Shown: one piece after another, positions 49,180 to 64,000 of the stretch | Numbering within the stretch: the first letter of the stretch is position 1 | Layout of the letters: the number at the start of each line of letters is the position of its first letter | Origin: the human T2T-CHM13v2.0 reference genome, Homo sapiens | Direction: 5' to 3' (one strand) | NCBI RefSeq assembly: GCF_009914755.1 | Contig: NC_060928.1 | DNA: 64,000 bases | Notes under the pieces: model-generated | The model's database searches: none | What the model saw: only the letters and a program-made list of their open reading frames with translations | Told to the model about the DNA's origin: nothing | Program-made: the position numbers and the translations under genes

Positions 49180-50510
49180 AATTGAAAAGGACCATTGACC
49201 CTCAACCTGGAAGCCCCACAAACACTTCAAACTCTAAAGCCCAAATGCAATTGCCCTCCACAATCACACTTCTGCCTAGCCAAGCAACCAAGCTAGAGAG
49301 AAGCATCTTTGATATCTGGCTCTGTATTGTTTATCCTCTATGTTAAAATCTGTCTACAAGCACTATCATTTCAAATTGCTAAATATTTCTTGAAATGACT
49401 CTCTTGTTTACATTTTGTCATTGATTTCTTCTTAGGCCCTTATTAAATGATTTATTTCTGCATTTAAGAAATTCTAGACTGAGTACTACTATGTATCAAT
49501 TCTGTGCCAGTTACATGATGACAAGAGAGAACATGGTCTTAGGTAGCTTCAGTGGTGTGGGTAAGACAGATATAAGAAACAAACCATTTTGTATAAGGAT
49601 ACATTCCATAATAAATGGATTACATAAGAAGATGTACCTAACATAGCCTTTATGCTGGACCTTTCATCCTTTATTCTTCATGTATTTTATGCGTGACTCA
49701 GATGCCAAAATCCCTATGCCTGGGCAACCCATGCATTCTTTATGTTTTTGTAGATTTTCTACATTTCATTTTCTTAAAAGTATACACAGCAGCACTGGAT
49801 TAATTATATACTTATTTGTCTAGTTATCTAGTTATTCACTGTCAAGCCATAAGTTTTTAAAGAGCAGGTATCATGATTATTTATTGAATTCCTAGGTGAT
49901 GAGAAAACATTGTTTGTATGAGATAGTGCAAACTCTCCCTGGGTATTGGATGGAAGGCTTCATTGAGGAAGTGAACTTGAGTTGACTTTTAATATAAATT
50001 AAATTAGAAATAAATTCTTAAAGGAAATTAAAATTTTAATAGAATTAGACACTTTCCAGACAGAAAGGATTTCAGTGGCAATGTGAAAGCAAATGTGATG
50101 GTGTGAAATAACAGAATAACATGAAATGATCCAAGAGCTGTCAGTAGTTTGGTGTGGCTGGGGCATACTGTTTTGGGAAGGAGATACCAGAAATCAGGAC
50201 GGGCATGGGTAGAGAGGCTAGAAATGGAAGCACCTTGTACATTTTGCAGAGAAATGTAATCATTATATGCTGAAATCTCAGAAGTAGACTGAGTTTTATT
50301 TTTGCATATTACCTAGGTAGCAATGAGTAATTATTTTTTTTAAAACTTTTTGGGTCTCATACTCCTCATCTGTAAAATCATGATTATAATAGTTATTTTG
50401 AGGATCAGATGTATGTCTATAAGTGCTTAGAAAAATGTGTGGTCCATGGTAAACATTCAATATAAGCTGGCTGGTTTTACTGTCATTATGACTTTTGTCT
50501 TCATTATTAT
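49180..50510. mobile_element. Cluster of ancient L2 and MIR fragments
   Basis: gagtactactatgtatc...; ggaaggctttcattgaggaagtgaacttgagttg; ctcatactcctcatctgtaaaat...aagtgcttagaaaaatgtgtgg. Boundaries approximate. Confidence 0.55.
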
Positions 50511-53504
50511 TAAATATTTGAGGGCCATGAGATAATCTTAAAGCAATTAAGTAACATCATAATTACATTTTAGAAGGGAAACTGTGTTACATAGGGAGAG
50601 GAAGGACTGAAAATGAAAACTGAATTAAAAAAGATAATTTAAGAGGCTTTATGACAGATTTTTTGCTTAAACAGCATTGTTTAAATATTATATTTAAAAT
50701 ACTTTAAATTAAAAGTTAAATAGTTTTAAGCTGTGAAAAGCATCCACAAGCAATGGTGATGGTTACTTATTTAAAAGATAATAAAAAATAGATGAGACAA
50801 AAGCACAGAATTAATTCATTAATGTACAAGATCACTTTTATTATTGGGGTATTCGTATTCATTAATAAGAGAGCATAGTGTAGGGGAAATTAAATGCTTT
50901 AATTAAAAAATTGAGATATTTAGAGATACCTGGCAGACAATTACATGATATGATAGCAGTGCTAAACGAAGTTCTGGTCTCTAAAGAGAGGAATCAGCAA
51001 CAGAAAGTAAATGAGCACAGTATATCCTTCATCAAGCCTATTTTACTACCAAGGAAAAAAAAAAAGTCAGCTGATCTAAACCATGTTTAGGTCCTTAAGG
51101 ACAGAAGAGCTTATATACATTTTGATGCAAGTTTCTTAGCTCAGAGTAGATCAGAATTATTCTTGGACCAGTGTGCAGACCAGTGTTTGAGGAGCACTAG
51201 TCCAGAGCTTAAGAAAATTAAGAGAATTCTGAATTATAAATATTGAGTTAGGACTATACACTAGTAATAGATAAAATTTTTGGAATGTAGGAAAACATTA
51301 AAAGAAATCGTGAGATGTGTAAAAAAAATTAAACCACTTAATTTTAAAAGTGGGCAGAGAGGAACACCAAAAAGTAATACTCATGGAATTAGACCATGAA
51401 CAATAAGAGCATGGCACACTGACAAGAGGATAGGCAGCAATTCTCAAAGGGAGGAAGGCTCCCCAAGGGAATGATCATGCAAGACATGATAATTAACTTA
51501 CTCCTTCAGAAAATGCTGGATACTTATAAATTCACTCTAGTCTTGACTTTTCCCTATCAGATAGCTAAGATACTAGATCTATAGTTTAAAGATGGCTATA
51601 TGACTTAAGATTGACAAAGAAGTTTATCTGTTTTATGTGCCAAGGTGTCCTAATGGAGGGAAAAACATTATAGGAAGTAGGAGGAAATTTTAAAATGTTC
51701 ATCATTGTAATTTATGCCTATAAAACACTTCAATTTTTATCCCTATATTTTATGCCTGTCTTCAGAGGGGTAATCAATTCCTCTAACCACTGAACAGGGA
51801 TTCTGAAGAGACTTTCATATAGCTGCTGCTGTTTCTTAGTTTCCTGCTCCCAGGGTTTTAGTTTTAGCTTGCTTTGACCTGCTAAGTCAGTTAACATGTA
51901 CTCATCAGCTTTCAGGTCCAAGACTTTTTAACATCTCTTTGTGGTGTTTCTTCTCCAATTCTCTCTTCTTTTGTAGCCTTAGTTTTATTTTTCCTGTCAT
52001 TTGGTAGGAATTGGGGAAAGAGCAAATATAAACTTGTGCTAACACTACCCACTTCCCTGGGAGTCCAAATTTGTAATATGTGAGGTAAATTTATAGTCAT
52101 GCTGAAATAACAATCCTTTCTTTTTTAGTGATTCATTTACCTTTCCTCTGAACGTTTTCTGTTCTAAAGTATGTTTTCATCACTTTCCTATTTTTATAAA
52201 TTATATAGGTAGAACTCATGTAGAATAGTTCTAAAGTCTGTATCATTTCCATTCTTCTCTCAGTCTGATTCTAATTGATGTGACTTGAGCACAACAAATT
52301 ATTGCCTTGAGCAAAACACTGATTTAAGCCACTCCCTCTCTCTTACATCATGCTAGGGCTAAAATTTCTGTTTCACTAAGACGCAAATGTGCAGTTGCTA
52401 TCACTTATTGCCTATGCAATTTGTTTTGTCTTTTTAAAAACTAGATCTCTTACATATAGAACTTACTTTCTTGCTTGGTTTTTCAGATTTAATAAATGCA
52501 TCTATCAGCTTTTCCTTAAACCTTTTATTCCATTATATAAATCATTTTGTTGATCTCACTAATTTCTATATCTCTACCTTTAAAAAGTAAATAGTATTAA
52601 GTGCTGAAGTTAAGTAGTACTAAGAAGGGCTCAGATTCAACACATCACATTTCTTTACATAAGTATCTTTCAAAAAGTTAAATAAAATTATGTAATAGAC
52701 TTTTAAGCAATATATGCTTTTCAATGCCTTCATATCCCTTCTTCTTTGCTATTACTTGTAGAATACCTAATTTGTCCATATATTATTGATCATTTATTAT
52801 CTAGGATGCATCATTTTGAGTAACTATTTGCCCTTAAAATCACAAGCCATTTATTAACAATAGTTAAAATATTTATAATTGTACTCATCTTTGGAACACT
52901 ATTTGTAGTGTTTTTATGTCTCCCTTCTGAAAGCATAACTGCAAGGCATGTGATTATATCATTTGTATAATTATCATCTGTATAGCATCCCTAAATATCT
53001 AGAAAAATAAAGTATCAACTGCTTGTAAAATGTATATTATGAACATGTTCCAATAATTCAATTACACTGTGTTTAATTTTCAATTAAGTCTATGGTTGTA
53101 CCATTTTATCCCCCTGAATTGGTCTTTTGGCTTCCTTGTTACCTAAGAAAAAAGGGCACAGTGGCACCTAATTAAGTGATTTAGATTGCTGACATTGATG
53201 CCATTAAAAATATTGGGTCATTCAATTTGATACACTTGTGGAATAAACCCAGTTCAAAGTTAAGAACTATTTATAGTTATTTACATTTCTAATTCAATCA
53301 TCTGTTTTTCTTCGAGATAAAGAAAATGTGAAGAATGAGGGAAATAAGTAATACTTAGTGATTACTATGATCCAGATATTGTGCTGTTTTATTTATTTAA
53401 TCTTCATTACCTCACGTGCCCATCTAAATAGATACCCATTTTTTGACTTTCAGACATTAAAATAACTAATAATATAAAATATCTAATGCAGTTTAATATG
53501 GTGA

Positions 53505-53676
53505 ATTATATATGTGTATTCTAAGACATATATAGTTATATACTATGCTACATAGATATACTATATAGTATATACTATACAATATAGATATACTGTATAT
53601 ATATTACATATAATATACTACATTGATATACTATATATTATATATAATATAACATATCAATATAATATATATATAC
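53505..53676. repeat. AT-rich (TA)-derived low-complexity repeat next to the L1 3' end
   Basis: Degenerate atatactat / atagatatact units. Confidence 0.85.
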
Positions 53677-53884
53677 TTTTTTTATTATACTTTAAGTTCT
53701 AGGGTACATGTGCACAACGTGCAGGTTTGTTACATATGTATACATGTGCCATGTTGGTGTGCTGCACCCATTAACTCGTCATTTAAATTAGGTATATCTC
53801 CTAATTCTATTCGTCCCCCCTCCCCCAACCCCATGACAGACCCTGGTGTGTGATGTTCCCCACCATGTGTCCAAGTGTTCTCAT

Positions 53885-57829
<3,945 letters not shown>

Positions 57830-58297
57830 TACTGAAGCCTCAGCAATGGCTGGCGCCCCTCCCCCTGCCTCGGGGCTGCCTTGCAATTCAATATCAGACT
57901 GCTGTGCTAGCAGTGAGCCTGGCTCCGTGGCATTGGACCCTCCAATCTAAGCACAGGATATAATCTCCTGGTGTGCCATTTGCTAAGACCGTTGGAAAAG
58001 CACAGTATTAGGGTAAGAGTGTCCGAATTTTCCAGGTACCATCTGTCATGGCTTCCCTTGGCTAGGAAAGGGAATTCTCCGACCCCTTGCACTTCCCAGG
58101 TGAGGCAATGCCCCACCCTGCTTTGGCTTAATCTCCTTAGGTTGCACCCACTGTCCAACAAGCCCCAGTGAGATGAACCTGGTACCTCAATTGGAAATGC
58201 AGAAATCACCCGTCTTCTACATTGCTCATGCTGGGAGCTGTAGACTGGAGCTGTTCCTATTTGGCCATCTTGGAACTGCCTCCCGATATATGTATAT

Positions 58298-58570
58298 TCT
58301 TATCCATACAACAAACCTATGAGAGGTAGGTGAAATTATTAACATAGATAATAATGAAGAAAGTGCAAAACAGAGAAATTTGTTAACTTGTAACATGAAA
58401 TTGCATAATAAGAGTCAAGACCCATAAGTGTGCTGTATTCAGGAGAACCATGAAATTGCATAATTTGTTAACTTGTACAATAAGTAGCATGAAATTGCAT
58501 AATAGACTTCTAAGCAATTCATGCTTTGCATCACCTTCAAACCCCTTCTTCTTTCCTATGTTGTTCAAGT
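58298..58570. mobile_element. MIR-like fragment containing short perfect direct repeats
   Basis: catacaacaaacctatgagaggtaggtg...gaagaaagtgcaaaacagagaaatttgttaacttg follows the antisense MIR pattern. Confidence 0.5.
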
Positions 58571-59772
58571 TAATAAATTTAAGAAGTCAAACAGCAGGGT
58601 CTCTTTTACTCCAAAGCTTATACTGTTTCCAGTATACTATATTGTTTTATCACATTCTAGTTAACATATCTTTTAATTTGTTTCTTAGGATTCAATGTGG
58701 TTCTTTATTTAGTAATAGCCATCTTGCCAATTGTGTCAATAATATGTCGACTCTTTAAAGTTGCTAAATGTTTATTCCTTACCACTGGGACTCATCTGTT
58801 TGTAAATAAGCAGTTCCACAAATACACGCTAGTAAATTCTAGAGCTGATAGAAACAGTAGTGCTAGTTATCGCATGTTATGTAAGAATGTGTCATTTGTT
58901 TTGTTTTTAATATAGCTGACAATGTATTCATGATTTTTCCTGGTACATAAATAAAAGACTTTCAATTTATAGTTAAAATGATAATATCTTCATGACTGTA
59001 CAACATGTTGTATAAATAAAATATTCTGCTTTTATTATATTGTTATCCATGTTTAATGAATTTGAGCTATGTAGATAAAACTTGAGGCACTAGACAGAAT
59101 AAGTTTCTAAGTCCTCAGTTTTTTTATTCATAGTATTGTTAGCCACAGAATTATTAATGAAAAAAACAACCTTTGTTTATTTGAATATTCTCACAACATG
59201 GCACATTGAAGATGTGTTTTATTTTAAACTCACATTTCATACCTAATATTGCAAAGCAGACAATCCTCACTGTAAGTATTATTTATTGATGCTTAAAACT
59301 TCAATGAATTATTCAGCCCCTTTAACCCTTCTTGCTTTGCTGCACACCTATTGAGTTTTCAGAGCAGTTTCATATCAATAAATTTGTTCTTGCTTTGCTG
59401 CTCCAATTTCATGCTTGGCCTTTCTAAGTGACATACAAGAAAAATAAATAAATAGCTAGAAGGAATAAAATAAGTATACAAATTACTTTGAACAACTCGA
59501 GATCCAAATCATTAAAGCTCTCAAAGATTTTAAAAATTAAGATGTGAAAGCAAGTCTACAAAAACAGGCTACATGCAAAAATAATAGGCAAAAACCGTGT
59601 CTTGTTAACATGCAATCTGTGGAGAGTGACCATGTATTTATACGCATCCTGTACCCGGGGTTGAAATGAACTCTTTACAAATAAGTTCCTAAGAGTTCAA
59701 GGACTTACTGCCACTTTTTATCTCATGTTGTCATGCACATTAGAGAGGTAGACAAGAAGAGAATGAACGGCC

Positions 59773-60170
59773 TTTTTAGTATGTTTGTGTTACTATAAAG
59801 AAACACTTGAAGCCAAGTAATTTATAAAGAAAAGAGGTTTATTTGGCTCACAGTTGTACAGGCTATACAAGAAGCATCATGTAGCTTCTGCTTCTGATGC
59901 GGGAGCTTCAGGCTGCTTCCACTCATGGTAGAAGGGAAACAGGAGCAGGCTTCTATACAGAGATCACATGGTGAGAGAAGGGACAAGAGAGATGGGGAAC
60001 CAGCTCTACAGGGAACTAGTAGAGTGAGAACTCACTCATTACTTTGTGGTCAACACCACCCATGAGGGATCCATTCCATGACTCAAATATGTCCCAGGAG
60101 GCGCCACTTCCAACACTGGGGATGAAATTTCAACATGAGGTGTGGAGAGTCAAATATTCAAACTGTAGTC
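59773..60170. mobile_element. MST-family MaLR solo LTR (MSTB-like)
   Basis: ttagtatgtttgtgttactataaag...aatttataaagaaaagaggtttatttggctcacagtt...cagagatcacatggtgagaga...ccaacactggggatgaaatttcaacatgag. Confidence 0.88.
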
Positions 60171-61945
60171 ATCTCTTCTGTGGAGCTAGAGGGTTGGGAA
60201 ATTTACCCACTAACTCCATTTGTCAGTGGTCTATTGCCGTTTCAGTGAGGGCTGTTGATGCTCCTGCACTTCCGGCTTGCTCAGCCTAGGAGCTGATAGT
60301 GCTCCAGGCCAGTAAAAAAAAAAAGCCCTCAGGCCAAAAGTGAGTACTAATCCTTTAGCACAGAGATGAATGTCTAGAGTACAACAGCCTCAGTTGTATT
60401 AAGATAAAGAGAGATGTTCATGATGTTTAAAATCAGATGATGACATCAAAATTGAAATGGAAAACAAAAAGTAAATATTTCTTTTCACTTCCTCATTCTT
60501 CTGACTTTGAAAACCTCTTACCTTTTATGGATACAGAGACAAATATATCTCTGTCTATGGAAATAGTAAAATGAAATTAAGAACAATTTTCACATAACAG
60601 TATAATTTAGTATAATTCTCTACTATCAATTGTACAAGAATGCTTTATCTCATGATGCAAGATTAAATTGTTATCCAGTTCCAAACCAGGTGGTTATATC
60701 AGCCAGCCTTTTTATGATGACTTATTTGCCTTTAAGCAAATATATTACATCCAACCTTTTAAAATATTTTTATCATTTCCTATTTTTAATACTGAATCCT
60801 CAGACTGAAAATTCAACAGTTTTTGCTTTAAAGTTTTACATCTCTTCCTAAATTTTATTTGCCTGCAATCTGATATAGGTGTTCATAGTCATCTAAACAT
60901 TTCTCTTGTTGTTGTTGGCTTTGCTGCTGGGGCATTCAGTAATTTTCATGACCTGTCTCCAGGTGCTTTATAATTTCCACATGCCTTGTATTTATGAACA
61001 CCAGCTTATATAACATTCAGATAGAAACAAAGGAAAATGTTATATATCACAATGGCAGGATGATACAGCTGTGAAGGTAGCAGACATATACAGTGCTTTA
61101 TATTTTTTAAATCATTGCTTTAAGATTAGATATGATGAATTTCAGATGAGTAAACCAACCATAGTGTACTCCTGTATTTTATCTAGAAAAGTAATGATAA
61201 TGGATACCCTCAGGTCAGACCTGGGTGTTCATGATCACAACCTCTGTGTCTTTTCTTGGCACCTTATTTGCTGTGGGGGAAAACAATTTCCATTCATGTA
61301 TCATACTCCATTCGGACAAAGCAATCACCTGAAACTTAGACAAATGTTATTCACATGGCATCCTCTAGATTTCTGAGGCAAAGACATTGGCAAAAACAAA
61401 AAAAGAATCATTTACAATAGTGAATCTCAGTAGACCTTTTCCCCTATCTCAGTAAAGATTAAACAATCTTCTTAATCAACTTTGCATTAGGAACAATTAA
61501 ATGGTTCATTTTTGATGCAGACATTTATTTGAATGATTTTAATTACCACTTAATATGCCCTTATATTGCCCAATTTATTCATTTTAGTATCTTATAACCT
61601 TGATTTACATATTTTTGCTGTTCTATTTATCACCATTCATTGTAGGTTATTAGTGAGATTTAATTTACACTGACATTTCCAGTGACACTTAATTTTATAT
61701 TCTTTTTCCAGATTTAAATGTTTCTGTAGTTTTCAAATTTTATTTTTAAGCCAACAAAGTTTCCTTCCCATCTCCATGTGTTCTATTTTAAAAAATTTTC
61801 AAAAGTAATTTCAAAAACCTTTAGTTCAGTTATAAATATAGATTTTTATTCTTCCCAAGCAATACTGTTTATACATTCAAAATCTTATAGCTACCCAAAG
61901 TATAATGTGATCAGTGAATATTACTCTTAAAGTAAAAAATACTAA

Positions 61946-62217
61946 TTTCTTTGTCTTTTTCTTTTTTCTTTTTTTCTTTTGCAGAGTCTCGCTGGGTCAC
62001 CCAGGCTGGAATGCAGTGGCACTCAGCTCACTGAAATCTCTGCCTCCTGGGTTCAAGCGATTCTCCTGCCTCAGCCTCCTGAGTAGCTGGGATCACAGGC
62101 GCCCGCCACCATGACTGGCTAATTTTTGTATTTTTAGTAGAGACAGGTTTTCACCATTTGGCCAGGCTGGTCTCGAACTCCCGACCTCAGGTGATCTGCC
62201 CACTGTGGCCTCAGGCC
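61946..62217 (-). mobile_element. AluS (Sx/Sz-like) lacking ~40 nt near its 5' end
   Basis: T-rich tail 61946-61980; dimer body reads to ggcctc then aggcc, without ccaaagtgctgggattacaggcgtgagccacc. Confidence 0.9.
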
Positions 62218-64000
62218 GTTTACCACATATTCTCTAGATTCGTGCAAAATAAACACATTGACAGTAAGTTCCTTAACTTTAAAGAATTTCCATATCCTTA
62301 TCAGAATCAGTGTATTAATGTGACTGGGAAAAGGAGAAAATACAGCAAAATGACCCACCATTTTACTCAGTCCTGGTTTTCTTTGTTTTTCTTGAACTGG
62401 GGAATTTATCAATATCATGTCTATTTCTAAAAAGTTACCTAGTCAAAAGCTTTGTAAGCAATTTCACTGTTATTCCTACTGGATAATTGAGTAAAATTTT
62501 GGAGGAGGAAGACATTTTAAATTTCACTTCTTATATTCAAATCCAAGATTTTTTTCAATTTAAAATACTAAATACTGTCTTTCCATCATTTTTTTTTACC
62601 ATAGATGAAATAACTTAAAGGGTAGTATGAGCTGAGAAGGGAATACAGAATGTAATTTACTCACATCTTTGTTTGATCTACTATGAAAATTTTTAAAGGC
62701 TTCTTTTATGTTTGCTGCCTTGAAACATTTGAATGAACTTCATGAAAGATGTACTGAGCATGTATACCTTTATGTTCTGGTTGCTTGAGTCCTTCGAAAG
62801 CTGAAGAACCTATTTTTACAAAAGAATTTTCTCAGGTACCAAGCAGCCAACCAATGATAATCACTAGTTTCTTTAGAAAACTTAAATATTCTCTGCCTTA
62901 TTTTATTATGGCAAAACATATTATGGCAAATGAAATAAAGGAAAGTATTAGGAAGAATAAAGAGAAAAAGAATGTATAATTTTATGTTACCTTTATGTAA
63001 TTTATCTGGTCTATTTCCCTTGGTTTTGATTCAATGAAATGTCAATTTAGGAATTATTTATTTTAATACAGCTTTTTTTCTAAATGTTTTATAAGCATGT
63101 ATCCAACAAACATGATTTATGATAATGTTTAATCACTAAACAAAATCAATAACACAATATATTTGGAAAATACAGCACATTCAGAAGCTAGATTTTTAGT
63201 GATCTTAGCATCATATACTAAAAAGTACATTGTCTTCTGTATGAAGTCACTTCATCCCCAACTAAAATGATTATAGTTATGTGAAGTTAATAATCTGTTG
63301 TTAGATTGAAGATTCACAATATTTATATAATTTTATGTAATTTTATAAATTTTCCTATAATATAGATTTTAGAAATTACTGTCTGATTACTATCTTTTGG
63401 GACTCTTCTAAATTTCTTAAAATATTCCTCTCATAATATTTTGACATGAGAGGATAAGAGCTGCATCTGGAGAAAAGAGGCTTGGGTGTTATTAAGTCCT
63501 CAGTGTTATACCAATTACTTGCAAGAAATTAAGTCCAACTGAAATGGCTGTACTAGAAGATTACTTAAGCCATCCTCATAGATAGAATTTTTGATAAGAA
63601 TTTAGTGTCCTTTCCAAGAATCTTCAGTGACTCCCTATTTTTCCTCTGTTGCTCAGTATTTCTAACCTATTCTGCAAGGGTTTTGAATGCTTTAATTTAT
63701 CTGATACCACCTTCCAGATAAAACTATCTGGAAGTAATTAATCACTAAATTTCTGCATATATATATATATAAAATCTTGACTAGTTAATATATTTAATAT
63801 TTTGCTTCCCATTTTCTGTGACCTAATTTGTGTGCTTAGTTGTATAATTTATACACCTGTATGGTGTTTATTTTAGTACCAAACCCATAATTATGATTTT
63901 TTCTCTCATAAGGCTGTGAGTCCTTTGAGAGTTTGAGAAAGGGTTTTCATTTTTTTTTTTTCATCCCACTACTGATATTGGAGCTAGTGGCACAAAAAAA

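Noticed and set aside
51730-52100. Two adjacent hydrophilic, protein-looking minus-strand ORFs (MDLKADEYML..., ...KEERIGEETPQ...)
   Set aside because: Different frames separated by stops, no recognisable domain and no coherent exon structure; a BLASTX hit would be needed to revive it.
58377-58503. Repeat-spacer pattern superficially like a CRISPR array
   Set aside because: Eukaryotic context, 16-bp repeats, irregular spacers that are themselves duplicated, no cas genes.

Overview
AT-rich primate (human-like) genomic DNA, intronic or intergenic and dominated by transposable elements. I recognise no host protein-coding exon, RNA gene or CRISPR array, and most listed ORFs are repeat-derived or chance. 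The main elements are a two-LTR HERV-E/Harlequin-type provirus (5384-11700, minus; PBS-Glu, 4-bp TSD), a near-complete Tigger1 (25488-35457), two L1PA4-like LINE-1s on the minus strand (29005-35106 and 53677-58284), about 11 Alus, and older L1M, L2, MIR, MaLR and MER pieces. The most notable observations are structural. (1) The first L1 carries an apparent ~1.2-kb 3' transduction, shown by the interrupted Tigger1 and the TSD. (2) The second L1 has lost ORF1 and has in its place a 307-bp inverted copy of its own ORF2, joined by microhomology. (3) The two L1s share several non-consensus substitutions. (4) An old L1M contains a young two-part templated insertion. I found no convincing new biological system. 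Subfamily names and consensus comparisons are from memory and need RepeatMasker/Dfam confirmation.
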